From NCBI GenBank assembly GCA_963770835.1, contig CAVYRH010000011.1, positions 96,001-160,000 of the forward strand: DNA of 64,000 bases. The letters are read 5' to 3'. Made by a program: the position numbers and the translations under genes. Position 1 is the first letter of the stretch, and the number at the start of each line of letters is the position of its first letter. Shown one piece after another: positions 39,103-49,314 of this stretch. The stretch is from an uncultured Pseudomonadota bacterium (GTDB taxonomy: Bacteria; Oederibacteriota; Muellerivitia; Muellerivitales; Muellerivitaceae). Under the pieces are notes generated by a model. It saw only the letters and a program-made list of their open reading frames with translations, did not search any database and had not been told where the DNA came from.

Positions 39103-40734
39103 ATGTCTGAACCGCCCCCGGCGCCCCCAACCTCGGAGAAGGAAGCCGGTCACCACCTGGGACGGCACTTCCGGCTTGTGACAGGGGCCACGGGCGTGAG
39201 CCGGGTGACCGGTTATGTCCGGGACACGCTCAACGCCGCCCTCTTCGGGGCGGGATGGATTTCGGACTCCTATTTCATGGCCATCCGCATCCCTAGCCTT
39301 TTGCGGGATTTATTCGCCGAAGGGGCCCTCTCGAACGCCTTTGTCCCCGCCTTCACCGCCCGTTTGGAAAAAGACGACCACCGGGACGCCTGGGAATTGA
39401 TGTCGCAGGTCTTCAGCCTCTTGCTGCTGGTGACCGGCGGGCTTGTCACCCTCGGCTTATGGTTCGCGCCCCAGGTCGTATGGGTCATCGCCCACGGTTA
39501 CGTGGGAAACGCCGATAAATTCGAACTGACCGTCCGGCTGACCCGCCTGCTCTTTCCGGTGCTCATGTTCGTGTCCTTCGCTGCGCTTTGGATGGGCGCC
39601 TTGAATTCGATGCACCGGTTTACGGCCCCCGCCTTCGCGCCGGTTTTCATGAATCTCACCCAAATCGCCTTGGGACTGGCGCTTTTGAAATTCTGGCCCA
39701 GCACCAATCCGGCGGAGGAAATCCGGAACGTGCAGCTTTGGTCCATCGCCATGACCTTGGGCATGTTGCTGCAATGGATCGTGCAGGTGCCCGAGTCCTG
39801 GAAAGCGGGCGTTCGGATCCGCTGGGCCTGGCCGCCCAACCATCCTGGCGTCAAGGAAATGCTGGCCCTCATGGCGCCGGCGGTCATCAGCTCGTCCGTC
39901 CTCCAGGTCAATCTTTTGGTGAACCAGTTTTTCGCCTCCTTCCTGACGGCCGGCTACGTCACTTACCTTTACTACGGAAACCGGTTGTTCCAGCTGCCCT
40001 TCGGCATCCTGGGGGTTTCCATCGCCACCGTCACTTTCCCGCTCTTATCCCGCCAATCCAACTCGGGGAAGATGGAGGAATTTTCCGACACTTTGAGCCG
40101 GGCATTGGCCGCCTGTTTGTTTTTTATGGTTCCTTGTACGGTTGGGATCTGGATCGTGGCCAAGCCGGCTTGCCATTTGGCATTCGAGTACGGGCGCTTC
40201 ACCCCCGAGGCGACCCAAGCCGCCGCGGAAGCCACGGCCCTTTACGCTTTGGGTTTGGTGGGCTACACGGGGGTTAAAATTCTTTTACCGGCTTATTACG
40301 CGCGCCGCGACGCAAGGAAGCCCTTGGTGACTTCCGTTATCGCCATGTCGGCCAACGTAGGGCTAAACCTCACGGCCTTTCTCTTCGTCAGCGATTCCCA
40401 CATGCGGTTCTGGGGTTTGGCCCTGGCTTCCAGCCTTGGATCCATCATCAACCTGGTTCTTCTTCTTTTGGGCCTTGAAAAACGGGGCGTCCACCTTCTT
40501 TGGGGTTTCCTGGCGAAGGAAGCGGGGAAGACCGTCTTGGCCAGCTTTGTCATGGGGCTGGCCAGTTGGGCGGCGTTGAAAGGATTGCAAACCCATCCAT
40601 TGCCCCTGGCCCGGCTTTTAAATTTTCTCCTTCCAGTTGCTATCGGCGCCCTGGTTTATCTTGGGGCGGCAAAGGCCATCAAGCTGACGGGGCTTCATTG
40701 GATTTTGGGCCGCGGTAAAAGAGCGGATATCTGA
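39103..40734 (+). CDS. murJ: Lipid II flippase MurJ
   Basis: SRVTGYVRD, RDLFAEGA..AFVP, RLFQLPFG, GLALASS. Confidence 0.95.
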   Translation: MSEPPPAPPTSEKEAGHHLGRHFRLVTGATGVSRVTGYVRDTLNAALFGAGWISDSYFMAIRIPSLLRDLFAEGALSNAFVPAFTARLEKDDHRDAWELMSQVFSLLLLVTGGLVTLGLWFAPQVVWVIAHGYVGNADKFELTVRLTRLLFPVLMFVSFAALWMGALNSMHRFTAPAFAPVFMNLTQIALGLALLKFWPSTNPAEEIRNVQLWSIAMTLGMLLQWIVQVPESWKAGVRIRWAWPPNHPGVKEMLALMAPAVISSSVLQVNLLVNQFFASFLTAGYVTYLYYGNRLFQLPFGILGVSIATVTFPLLSRQSNSGKMEEFSDTLSRALAACLFFMVPCTVGIWIVAKPACHLAFEYGRFTPEATQAAAEATALYALGLVGYTGVKILLPAYYARRDARKPLVTSVIAMSANVGLNLTAFLFVSDSHMRFWGLALASSLGSIINLVLLLLGLEKRGVHLLWGFLAKEAGKTVLASFVMGLASWAALKGLQTHPLPLARLLNFLLPVAIGALVYLGAAKAIKLTGLHWILGRGKRADI

Positions 40735-40743
40735 AAGATATTC

Positions 40744-41334
40744 ATGAAAAAATGGTTTCAGTTGGCTCATTTGGGCTTTTTTCGAGCGCAGGGAGGATGG
40801 TGCGCGGCGGCTTGGACACCTAACGGTCTTTCCGCCCTCGTTTTGCCCTGTTCAACCCACTCGGAAGCCCTCCGGGGATTGCATGAATACTTGCCCCCGC
40901 TGCCGGCCGAATTCTGGGAAAAGCCGCCGCTTCCGGTTCCCAAGGACATTCACATCGGGATTTTAAAAGCATTGCGGGGAAGGCCCTTTCAATTTTCCCG
41001 TTTTGATATTTCGTTCCTGACGCCTTTTCAACAAAGGGTATTAAACGCCACGTGCTGGATACCCTGGGGGCAAGTCCGGACCTACGGGTGGGTTGCGGCC
41101 AAGGCGGGGTCGCCCCGGGGCTTCCGAGCTGCGGGACAGGCGCTGAACCGGAATCCCATTCCCGTTTTCATTCCCTGCCACCGGGTGATCGCAGCCGGCT
41201 TCAAGCTGGGCGGTTATGGAGGTGGCTTAGAGTGGAAAATACGGCTGTTGAAAAACGAGGGTCTGGCGGTCCACCGGGGGGGCGTTAAGCCGCGCAATTC
41301 TTTCGGAAGTATTGGGACTTCACCCCAAACATAG
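40744..41334 (+). CDS. ogt: Methylated-DNA--protein-cysteine methyltransferase
   Basis: TPFQ.RV, IPWG..RTYG, NPIP..IPCHRV, GGYGGG. Confidence 0.9.
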   Translation: MKKWFQLAHLGFFRAQGGWCAAAWTPNGLSALVLPCSTHSEALRGLHEYLPPLPAEFWEKPPLPVPKDIHIGILKALRGRPFQFSRFDISFLTPFQQRVLNATCWIPWGQVRTYGWVAAKAGSPRGFRAAGQALNRNPIPVFIPCHRVIAAGFKLGGYGGGLEWKIRLLKNEGLAVHRGGVKPRNSFGSIGTSPQT

Positions 41335-41455
41335 GGAACTGTGTTACCCTCACTTCAAGAACCGGGCTCCGCCGGATGCCCGTTGGAAAATGAAGGTAGT
41401 TACAGCCTCGAAAACCTCTGATAAAATACGAATCTACGCCAATTGAGGGGGCCTG

Positions 41456-43264
41456 ATGCTTCAGGGGAACATCGATAAATACAAACTCCTCGAGATCAAG
41501 GGAAGCGGTACCTTTGGAACCGTTTGGCTGGCCGAAGACACTTGGATCGGCAAAAAGGTCGCCATTAAGATCCCTCATAACCAAAAAGAAGAATTCATCA
41601 ACCTCATCGCCGAACCCAAACTTTTAGCCTCCCTGGACCACCCGAATATCGTCCAGATCCTGACCGTTGATAAGGCTGAGAATATTTTTTTCATGGTCAT
41701 GGAGTATGTCGACGGCAAAAACCTGGCCCAACTCATCCAGGAAACCCCCCTCACTTACAAAGAAGCCGTCGATATCATCATTCAAATCCTTTCCGCGCTG
41801 CAATACGCCCACGAAAAGAATGTCATTCACCGGGATTTGAAGCCGGGCAATATCCTCCTTACCTCCGACCGCAAGGCCAAAATAACCGATTTCGGGACGG
41901 CGGTGATCCAAGCGGGGAAGAATGGCGCGGGCATTGGTGGAACCCTTTATTACATGGCCAAGGAACAAGTGTTGGGACATCCGGCCAAGGCCTCGGATGT
42001 TTACTCAGTGGGCGTTATCCTTTACGAGATGGTGACGGGCAAGCTTCCTTTTTACGATGAAGTTCCCATGGTGGTTTTAAATAAGATCTTAAAAGACGAC
42101 TTTACCGAACCCCACAAGATCAATTCCAGCGTACCCCAGGAATTGGAAGCGGTTATCCTTAAAGCCCTCCAAAAAGAGGTATCGAAACGTTATCAGACCG
42201 CTAACGACATGAAGGCCGACCTGGAGAAAATACCGGCAACCGTTTTGGCTTCGCCCATCGGTATCGGCAGCAAGACCCAGGAGGTTTTAACGCACACCAT
42301 CATCCAAGAGGAAGCCAAGAAGCAGATGGCTAAGGAAGTGGGGGATATCAACACCCTCCGTTATCAGGGGTATCATTACAAATTAATCAGAACGATCGGC
42401 ACGCGCGGCAAGGAAGAGGGTAATTTCATCTCGCCCTTGTCGGTTGCGGTGGACGCCCAAAAAAGGATTTATGTCTGCGATTCCCTTAAGTGCAATGTCC
42501 AGGTCTTCGATTTCGACGGCAAACTCCTTTATTCCGTGGGGAAGTTTGGCAAGGACGCCCACGATCCCAAGGAAGTTTCCTTCCTTATGCCCGTTTCCAT
42601 TGCCGTGGATCAGGGCGGGAATCTCGTGGCGTTGGATGCCAAAACCTGCAATGTCCAAATCATCGGTAAAATGGGACAACTTCTCGCGAAATTCGGCGAG
42701 CCGGCTTCGCCGACTACAGGTAAAATCGAGATCGGTGCCGGGGGTTTTTTTCACCCCCAATCCTTGACCCTGGACGACAAGGACAACATTTACGTTTCGG
42801 ACACCGGAAACCACCGGATCCGGGTTTTTAATCCGGCGGGAAAGGTTTTAAACAAGTTCGGCATCCAGGGGGCAAGATTAGGAGAATTCAACTCTCCGGC
42901 CGGCCTGACGCTCGACAACGCCCAAAATCTCCTGGTGGTGGATGAGAAAAACTTCCGGGTCCAGATATTCACTTATCGGGGGGTCTTCAAGAACAAGTTC
43001 GGGAAAAGGGGAACGGGGCGTGGTGAATTTTCGGCACCTATCGGCGTCGCAACCGATTCCAAGCGCAATATTTTCGTGACCGACCGGGATATGCGCATCC
43101 AGGTTTTCGACCCGGAAGGGTATTACTTGACCGAATTCGGGACTCCCACTGGCCAATACCGGACGGCCCCAAAATACTACGGCATCACCGTCGACGCGGA
43201 GAACAACCTCTATGTGACGGACATCGCCAACTGCAGTGTTTTGGTGTACGCGCTTAAAAAATAA
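41456..43264 (+). CDS. Ser/Thr protein kinase with C-terminal NHL repeats
   Basis: GSGTFG, VAIK, HRDLKPGN, DFG; about six NHL repeats (F..P..V.VD...IYV.D). Confidence 0.92.
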   Translation: MLQGNIDKYKLLEIKGSGTFGTVWLAEDTWIGKKVAIKIPHNQKEEFINLIAEPKLLASLDHPNIVQILTVDKAENIFFMVMEYVDGKNLAQLIQETPLTYKEAVDIIIQILSALQYAHEKNVIHRDLKPGNILLTSDRKAKITDFGTAVIQAGKNGAGIGGTLYYMAKEQVLGHPAKASDVYSVGVILYEMVTGKLPFYDEVPMVVLNKILKDDFTEPHKINSSVPQELEAVILKALQKEVSKRYQTANDMKADLEKIPATVLASPIGIGSKTQEVLTHTIIQEEAKKQMAKEVGDINTLRYQGYHYKLIRTIGTRGKEEGNFISPLSVAVDAQKRIYVCDSLKCNVQVFDFDGKLLYSVGKFGKDAHDPKEVSFLMPVSIAVDQGGNLVALDAKTCNVQIIGKMGQLLAKFGEPASPTTGKIEIGAGGFFHPQSLTLDDKDNIYVSDTGNHRIRVFNPAGKVLNKFGIQGARLGEFNSPAGLTLDNAQNLLVVDEKNFRVQIFTYRGVFKNKFGKRGTGRGEFSAPIGVATDSKRNIFVTDRDMRIQVFDPEGYYLTEFGTPTGQYRTAPKYYGITVDAENNLYVTDIANCSVLVYALKK

Positions 43265-43339
43265 TTAGGAATTTTGGAAGTTTTTGAACCGAAGGTTCAA
43301 AAACCAACATTAACTCAAAACTCAACACTGAGGTTAAAG

Positions 43340-44911
43340 ATGGCTTCTTCCCCAACATCCTCCGAACCGGCCATTCCCGGCCGTATTATTCTCACCCCGC
43401 CAAAGTCCACGGGCAAACCCCAGGTCACCATTTCGGTGTTGGCCGGCCCGGAACAGGGCCAGGTTTTCAAAATCGGCCGCCCCACCACCACGATGGGGCG
43501 TTCCAATACCTGTGAGGTGGTTATTACCGACCCCCTGGTTTCCCGCCAGCATTGCCAGATCATCCTGGGCATGGGGGGGATTTCCTTGCGGGATTTGGCC
43601 AGCACCAACGGCACCTTTCTCAACGGCACCCGGGTCACGGAAAGCCCCTTAAGAACCCAGGATGTTATTTCCATCGGTGGAACCCGGCTGCGGTTCGCGT
43701 TGGAAGTGACCAAGGACACCGAGGAATCCAAGACCCCCAAGATTGACGAGTTGGCCCACAAGAAGCTCCTGACCCTTTACGAAGTGGGAAACATTGTTAA
43801 CTCGGTGCTGGAGCTGAAAACCCTCCTTTCCATCATCATGGCCATGGCCATCAAGGTCATGCAGGCCAACCGGGGTTTCCTGTTGTTGAGGGACAAAGGG
43901 GGGGATTTGAAACCAGTGGCCACCCATGCCTTGACGCCAGCCGAGGCCCAGGCCCCCTATAGCCAGACCATCGTGGATACGGTTTTGAGGGAAAGGGTGC
44001 CGGTCCTGGTATTGGACGCCACCCACGACATTCGTTTCTCCAATCGCGACAGCTTGAAAGCCCTGCCCTTGTCCTCAGTTATTTGCGTGCCCATCTGGGA
44101 AAGGGAAAACATCGTAGGTGTGATTTACGTGGATAAGGCGGAAGGAACATCGACCTTTAACGAAGAAGATATGTACTTCCTGTCGGCTTTCGCCAACCAG
44201 GCGGCGGTAGCCATCACCAACGCCAAGCTTTTCGATGACGTGCGGCGGGAGGAACGGCTGAGGACGTCCCTTCAGAGATATCTTTCTCCGAATGTTGTCG
44301 ATGACATGATCCTAAAAACCGGTGAACTTCCCTTGGGCGGAGAAAAAAAGAAAGTTTCCATTCTTTTTTGCGATATCCGGGGCTTTACCACCCTCACCGA
44401 GAAGGAACCGGTGGAAACCATCGTCAGCCTGTTGAATGAATACTTCAGCGCCATGTCGGAGGTTATTTTCGCCAACAACGGCACCTTGGATAAGTTCATT
44501 GGGGACGCCATCATGGCGATTTACGGGGCACCGCTGGAATTGAAGGACGGCCCCTATAAAGCTGTTAAAACAGCCCTGGAAATGCGCGATAAGCTGGCCA
44601 AATTGAACGAAAAATGGAAAACGGAAAAGAAGCCCCAAATCCAAGTCGGTTATGGCATCAACACGGGCGAGGCCATCGTGGGCAACATCGGAAGCGAACG
44701 CCGTATGGAATACACCGCCATCGGCGATATGGTGAACACGGCCTCCCGCGTGGAAGGGGAAACCGAAGGCGGCCAAATTTTCATCACCGAGGAGACCTTC
44801 CAGGAGTTGGGAAACAAGGTCAAGGTCAACAAGTTGAAATCCGTATCCCTAAAGGGCAAATCAGCTAAAGTTCAAATCTACGAAGTCACGGGCCTCAATT
44901 CGGCTTCCTGA
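43340..44911 (+). CDS. FHA-GAF-class III adenylate/guanylate cyclase
   Basis: GRS, VSRQH, STNGT; GAF; FCDIRGFT, DKFIGDA, YTAIGD.VN.ASR. Confidence 0.92.
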   Translation: MASSPTSSEPAIPGRIILTPPKSTGKPQVTISVLAGPEQGQVFKIGRPTTTMGRSNTCEVVITDPLVSRQHCQIILGMGGISLRDLASTNGTFLNGTRVTESPLRTQDVISIGGTRLRFALEVTKDTEESKTPKIDELAHKKLLTLYEVGNIVNSVLELKTLLSIIMAMAIKVMQANRGFLLLRDKGGDLKPVATHALTPAEAQAPYSQTIVDTVLRERVPVLVLDATHDIRFSNRDSLKALPLSSVICVPIWERENIVGVIYVDKAEGTSTFNEEDMYFLSAFANQAAVAITNAKLFDDVRREERLRTSLQRYLSPNVVDDMILKTGELPLGGEKKKVSILFCDIRGFTTLTEKEPVETIVSLLNEYFSAMSEVIFANNGTLDKFIGDAIMAIYGAPLELKDGPYKAVKTALEMRDKLAKLNEKWKTEKKPQIQVGYGINTGEAIVGNIGSERRMEYTAIGDMVNTASRVEGETEGGQIFITEETFQELGNKVKVNKLKSVSLKGKSAKVQIYEVTGLNSAS

Positions 44912-44989
44912 TAATCCGCCCCGCTTTTCTTTCGCCCAGACTTATCCTAAGATCCTGCATGGTTTTTGAGCTCAAAATTCGAGGATTTC

Positions 44990-46840
44990 GTGTCCAAGAT
45001 TAAACCCCTGTCAGAAAAGGTCATAAACCAAATCGCCGCAGGCGAAGTGGTGGAACGTCCATCTTCCGTTGTTAAAGAACTAATGGAAAATGCCTTGGAC
45101 GCGAAAGCCACCTGGGTCGAGGTCGAAATTCAGGAAGGCGGCCTCAAGCTCATCAAGGTGACCGACAATGGGGAGGGAATGACCCCGGAAGACGCCCAAT
45201 TAGCCGTCCAAAAGCACGCCACCAGCAAGATTTTCTCGGTAGAAGACCTGTCTCACCTGCGCACATTTGGCTTCCGTGGGGAAGCCCTCGCCAGCATCGC
45301 CTCCGTCTCCCACTTTGAGCTTTCCACGCGCACGGCCGATGCTCTCTCCGGTGTTTCCATCAAAATCAAGGGAGGGAGTGCTCCCAAACCCCTTGAAACG
45401 GGCCGGCCCGTGGGCACCACCCTGATCGTTTCCAATCTTTTTTTCAACACACCCGCCCGCTTGAAATTCATGAAAAAGAAATCCACCGAGGAAAACCACA
45501 TCACCATGGTGGTCACAACCTATGCCCTGGCATTTCCCGGGGTCGGATTCAAGCTCACCATCGACGGAAAGGAAGCCCTTCATGTGCCGCCCTCGGATTT
45601 TCCAGCCCGACTATCGGAGATTTTCGGCAGGGAAACGGCCCAATCCTTTTTACCCCTGGAATTCACGGGAGCGGGGGTCCATATCCACGGCGTCGTCAGC
45701 GCGCCCACTATTACCAAGCCGACCCGTGAAAACATGCTTTATTTCGTCAACCGCCGCTGGATCGCCAACATCTCCCTCGGCCACGCGGTCATGACGGCTT
45801 TTCACACCCTGCTTCCCACCCGCCGGTTTCCGGTGGCAGTGCTTTTTTTGGAAGTGCCCGAGGACCAGGTGGACGTGAATGTCCACCCCACCAAGAAAGA
45901 AGTAAAATTTGCCCAGGATCGGGCTATTTATGACACTGTAGTGAGGGCTATCCGGAGCGCCCTGCTTTCAGCACCGGGGGTTTTGCAGTCTGTCCAAGCT
46001 CAAGCTCTTTCCGAATTTACGCCCGCTCAAACCCATGGTCCCGTTTACCATTCCAACCCTGTCCAACCGGGTTTCCTGAATGAAGCCCCTGCGACCGTCT
46101 CAGCTGGAGGAATGCCGGCGGCGACACTTTATGAGCAGATCACCGAAAAATTTCCCTCCCGAGGAACGGAAACCGAAACCCATGGTACCCCTTTGGAATC
46201 CCTTGGATTCGGCAAAACCGCACTCCAGGCCCGTCGAATCGACCCTCAAGTATCACTTTACAATTTCAGCCAATTGTTCAATACCTTCATCGTTTTTCAG
46301 TCCGATAGCGAGATGTTCATCGCCGACCAACACACGGTTCACGAAAGACTGAATTACGAGCGGCTTATGAAGGGAGTCCGGGAAAAAGCCCTGGAAGTGC
46401 AACCACTCCTCATGCCGGTTACGGTGGAATTGAGCGCCAAGGAAGCACAGGTTTTGAAAAATAACCTGGAAACCCTGATGGAACTGGGGATGGAAGTAGC
46501 GCCCTTCGGCGGCAATACTTTTTTGGTTCGAAGCGTTCCGGCCGACCTGTCGGGGAAGAACCTGGTGACCCTCGTGAAAGACCTAGTAGATGACCTGGCA
46601 GCCCAGGATGCCTTGGGGGTAAAAAGCGCCAATCACCTGGATCAAGCCCGCGAAAGGGCGGCCACTTTCATGTCCTGCCGCAGCGCGGTCATGGCCGGGG
46701 ACCGATTGAACGAGGAACAGATGCGCCGACTTATCGACCAGATGCGGCAAGCCAACCTGCCTTTCACTTGCCCACATGGGAGGCCAACCATACTTTCCAT
46801 TCCACTTTCCGAACTTTATCGTCGTTTTGACCGGCACTGA
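44990..46840 (+). CDS. mutL: DNA mismatch repair protein MutL
   Basis: IAAGEVVERP, GFRGEAL, DVNVHP.K, DQHTVHER, CPHGRP. Confidence 0.97.
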   Translation: MSKIKPLSEKVINQIAAGEVVERPSSVVKELMENALDAKATWVEVEIQEGGLKLIKVTDNGEGMTPEDAQLAVQKHATSKIFSVEDLSHLRTFGFRGEALASIASVSHFELSTRTADALSGVSIKIKGGSAPKPLETGRPVGTTLIVSNLFFNTPARLKFMKKKSTEENHITMVVTTYALAFPGVGFKLTIDGKEALHVPPSDFPARLSEIFGRETAQSFLPLEFTGAGVHIHGVVSAPTITKPTRENMLYFVNRRWIANISLGHAVMTAFHTLLPTRRFPVAVLFLEVPEDQVDVNVHPTKKEVKFAQDRAIYDTVVRAIRSALLSAPGVLQSVQAQALSEFTPAQTHGPVYHSNPVQPGFLNEAPATVSAGGMPAATLYEQITEKFPSRGTETETHGTPLESLGFGKTALQARRIDPQVSLYNFSQLFNTFIVFQSDSEMFIADQHTVHERLNYERLMKGVREKALEVQPLLMPVTVELSAKEAQVLKNNLETLMELGMEVAPFGGNTFLVRSVPADLSGKNLVTLVKDLVDDLAAQDALGVKSANHLDQARERAATFMSCRSAVMAGDRLNEEQMRRLIDQMRQANLPFTCPHGRPTILSIPLSELYRRFDRH

Positions 46841-46893
46841 AAAGCAGATATCAGCGGTCAGGTGTCAGCTTTCAACCAAAACAAAAGAAAACA

Positions 46894-47838
46894 ATGCCTG
46901 AAAATTCACAACTTAAAATTCACAACTTAAAATTGCCTATTTTGGTTGGGCCAACCGGGGTCGGTAAATCCGAGGTGGCTTTTCTTTTGGCTGGAAAGCT
47001 GAATGCCGAAATCCTTTCGGTGGATGCTTTCCAGGTTTATAAAGGATTAGAAGTTGGAACAGCCCAGCCGGCTAAAGAATGGCAAAAAGACGTGCCGCAC
47101 CATTTGGTTGGAATCCGGGATCCAAGACAAAGCTGGAATGCGGTGGAATTCGCCCGGGAAGCCAGACCGATTATCGAACAGGCTCACCGAAGTGGAAAAA
47201 AGCTAATTTTGGTCGGTGGAGCGGGTTTTTATATCAGGGCACTGGTCGAAGGGCCGCCGCCCGGAAAGGCTCCAAAACCAGAAATTCGTACCTGGGTTTT
47301 GGAAAGAGTAAGGGAGTTGGGCCCTGAAAAAGCCCACAATTGGCTGAAAGAACGGGACAGTGGGGCGGCTACCAGGCTTCATCCAAACGACACCCACCGA
47401 ATTTGCCGGGCACTGGAAAAAACCTTTGAAGAGGCGCCATCAGAGGCCGAAGGTAAACCCTTGGGGGTCTCTTCCGTCTTGTTCTTGGGTTTGGAAAGAT
47501 CCCGGGATAAACTGGATCAGATTTTGATGGCGAGAACCCAGGCCATTTGGGAAAAGGGGCTTTTGACCGAGGCGCGGGGCTTGTCGGAAATGAACCTGCC
47601 TCCAGACCATCCGATCTGGGGCGCTATTGGCTATGAAGAGGCGGTTGCTTTCCTCAAAATGGAGTTAAAGGAACCCGACGCTCTAGAGCGGATTTATCGT
47701 AGGACACGCCAATATGCCAAACGCCAATGGACCTGGTTTAAGCATCAGCATGAGGTCCAATGGTTCAACTTAGATATGTATCCAAATTTGGACGATGTTG
47801 TTGGAATATTAGCTAAAAAAATCACCGCTGAAAAGTGA
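46894..47838 (+). CDS. miaA: tRNA dimethylallyltransferase
   Basis: GPTGVGKS, QVYKGL.VGTA, PHHL, TRQYAKRQ.TW. Confidence 0.95.
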   Translation: MPENSQLKIHNLKLPILVGPTGVGKSEVAFLLAGKLNAEILSVDAFQVYKGLEVGTAQPAKEWQKDVPHHLVGIRDPRQSWNAVEFAREARPIIEQAHRSGKKLILVGGAGFYIRALVEGPPPGKAPKPEIRTWVLERVRELGPEKAHNWLKERDSGAATRLHPNDTHRICRALEKTFEEAPSEAEGKPLGVSSVLFLGLERSRDKLDQILMARTQAIWEKGLLTEARGLSEMNLPPDHPIWGAIGYEEAVAFLKMELKEPDALERIYRRTRQYAKRQWTWFKHQHEVQWFNLDMYPNLDDVVGILAKKITAEK

Positions 47839-47845
47839 GAAATAT

Positions 47846-48289
47846 TTGCAAAACATCCGGATTCGAGTAGCGGGCATCCTCGTCAAGGACGGCCAAATCC
47901 TTTTGGTTCGTCACGAAAAAAACGCAAAGAGCTATTGGCTAATACCGGGGGGCGGTGTTGACTTTGGGGAAAGCGTGGAAGAGGCCCTGATTCGCGAGTT
48001 CCGTGAGGAAGTGGGCCTTCCCATCAAGGTTGGCAACTTGGTCTTGGTGCATGATTCCATCCCCCCCAACCGTCACCGGCAGGTTTTAAACCTTTATTTC
48101 CTCGTTTCCGCCGAGCACTTTAACATTAAGGTGACGCCCGACGCCGTCTTGAGGGACGCCGCTTTTTACCCCCTGGAGGAATTTCCCAACATGACCGTCA
48201 ATCCGGATGTTAAAACGGAAATCCTGGAAGGCCTGAGAAACCAATGGCCGGAGGGCTGCCGATATCTTGGGAACCGCTGGAAAGACTAA
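47846..48289 (+). CDS. NUDIX hydrolase
   Basis: GGVDFGESVEEALIREFREEVG. Confidence 0.9.
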   Translation: MQNIRIRVAGILVKDGQILLVRHEKNAKSYWLIPGGGVDFGESVEEALIREFREEVGLPIKVGNLVLVHDSIPPNRHRQVLNLYFLVSAEHFNIKVTPDAVLRDAAFYPLEEFPNMTVNPDVKTEILEGLRNQWPEGCRYLGNRWKD

Positions 48290-48369
48290 CGGTAATGAGG
48301 GTCTTATCTTATAATATTGATCCGCGAAACTGACAAACCACCCTTTAACGATTTTGGGAGGCTTGAGAC

Positions 48370-49251
48370 ATGAATAAAATGACAATCCTGTTGGCGATTT
48401 TGGCCTTGGCGATTCTTCCCGCCAGCTTGAAGGCCATTTCCGAAAGCGAAATTGAAGACCGCAGGGAAATGTCGCAAGTTTGGGTCGACCAACACAACGC
48501 CAAGTTGCTTTCGGAAGTCCAAAGCGCCGTCAAGGGAATCCGGGTCAAGGCGCATGTTTACTTCATCGGGTCCCGCCATTCCCGGTTGGTTCCCATGAAG
48601 AGGGCTCGCATGGAGACGGCCTCCAAATACGGGATTCCCCCCACGGTAAAAACATCCAGCGGTGCCGTGGTGCCTCTTTTTTCTCTTCGGTATTCCACCG
48701 CGGAAGGGCAATCCTTCTTGACCGCCGACTATGCCGACGAGTTGGATACCCGTCACTGTAGTTCGGATATCTATATCAAAATTGGGCTGGAATACCGGCT
48801 TCTTTTCCATGGTGAAGGCTATCCCGGATGTGCCCGATTGATCAGCCTGGGAGCAAGCTTACCGACTTTTTTTGAAGTCGGCGTCTACGGGGGAGGGAGC
48901 CGTTGTGATAAGACCTTCTACCGCCTGGATACGGATGCCCTTAAGGGTGTGAGCGATGAGCTTTATGACCACCCGGAACTGATTCAAGCCCAGAAGTATG
49001 TGAAAGAGGAATTGAAAGTAAATGTGTGGCTGGAGGGTTTTACCCTATACCGGGACGTCGACCATGACGGCACATTGGATATCATCAACACGACTCAGGT
49101 TCTGTACCCTCCCGATTTGAAGACCAAGGTTCAGGACCGGTACAAGCTGGTAGACAATGATTTTGCCGGTCCGTTTCGGCCTGTCACCTCGGTTTACAAA
49201 TGGGACACGACGAAGGCCCAGTTTGTGGACTTGGGTGACTACTATCACTGA
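48370..49251 (+). CDS. Hypothetical secreted protein
   Basis: Signal peptide; DVDHDG motif. Confidence 0.7.
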   Translation: MNKMTILLAILALAILPASLKAISESEIEDRREMSQVWVDQHNAKLLSEVQSAVKGIRVKAHVYFIGSRHSRLVPMKRARMETASKYGIPPTVKTSSGAVVPLFSLRYSTAEGQSFLTADYADELDTRHCSSDIYIKIGLEYRLLFHGEGYPGCARLISLGASLPTFFEVGVYGGGSRCDKTFYRLDTDALKGVSDELYDHPELIQAQKYVKEELKVNVWLEGFTLYRDVDHDGTLDIINTTQVLYPPDLKTKVQDRYKLVDNDFAGPFRPVTSVYKWDTTKAQFVDLGDYYH

Positions 49252-49314
49252 AAACAGCTTCCGGAAACCGTCATCACTTGCTGTCGAGGGGCCTCAAAGC
49301 CGTATATAAAGTAA

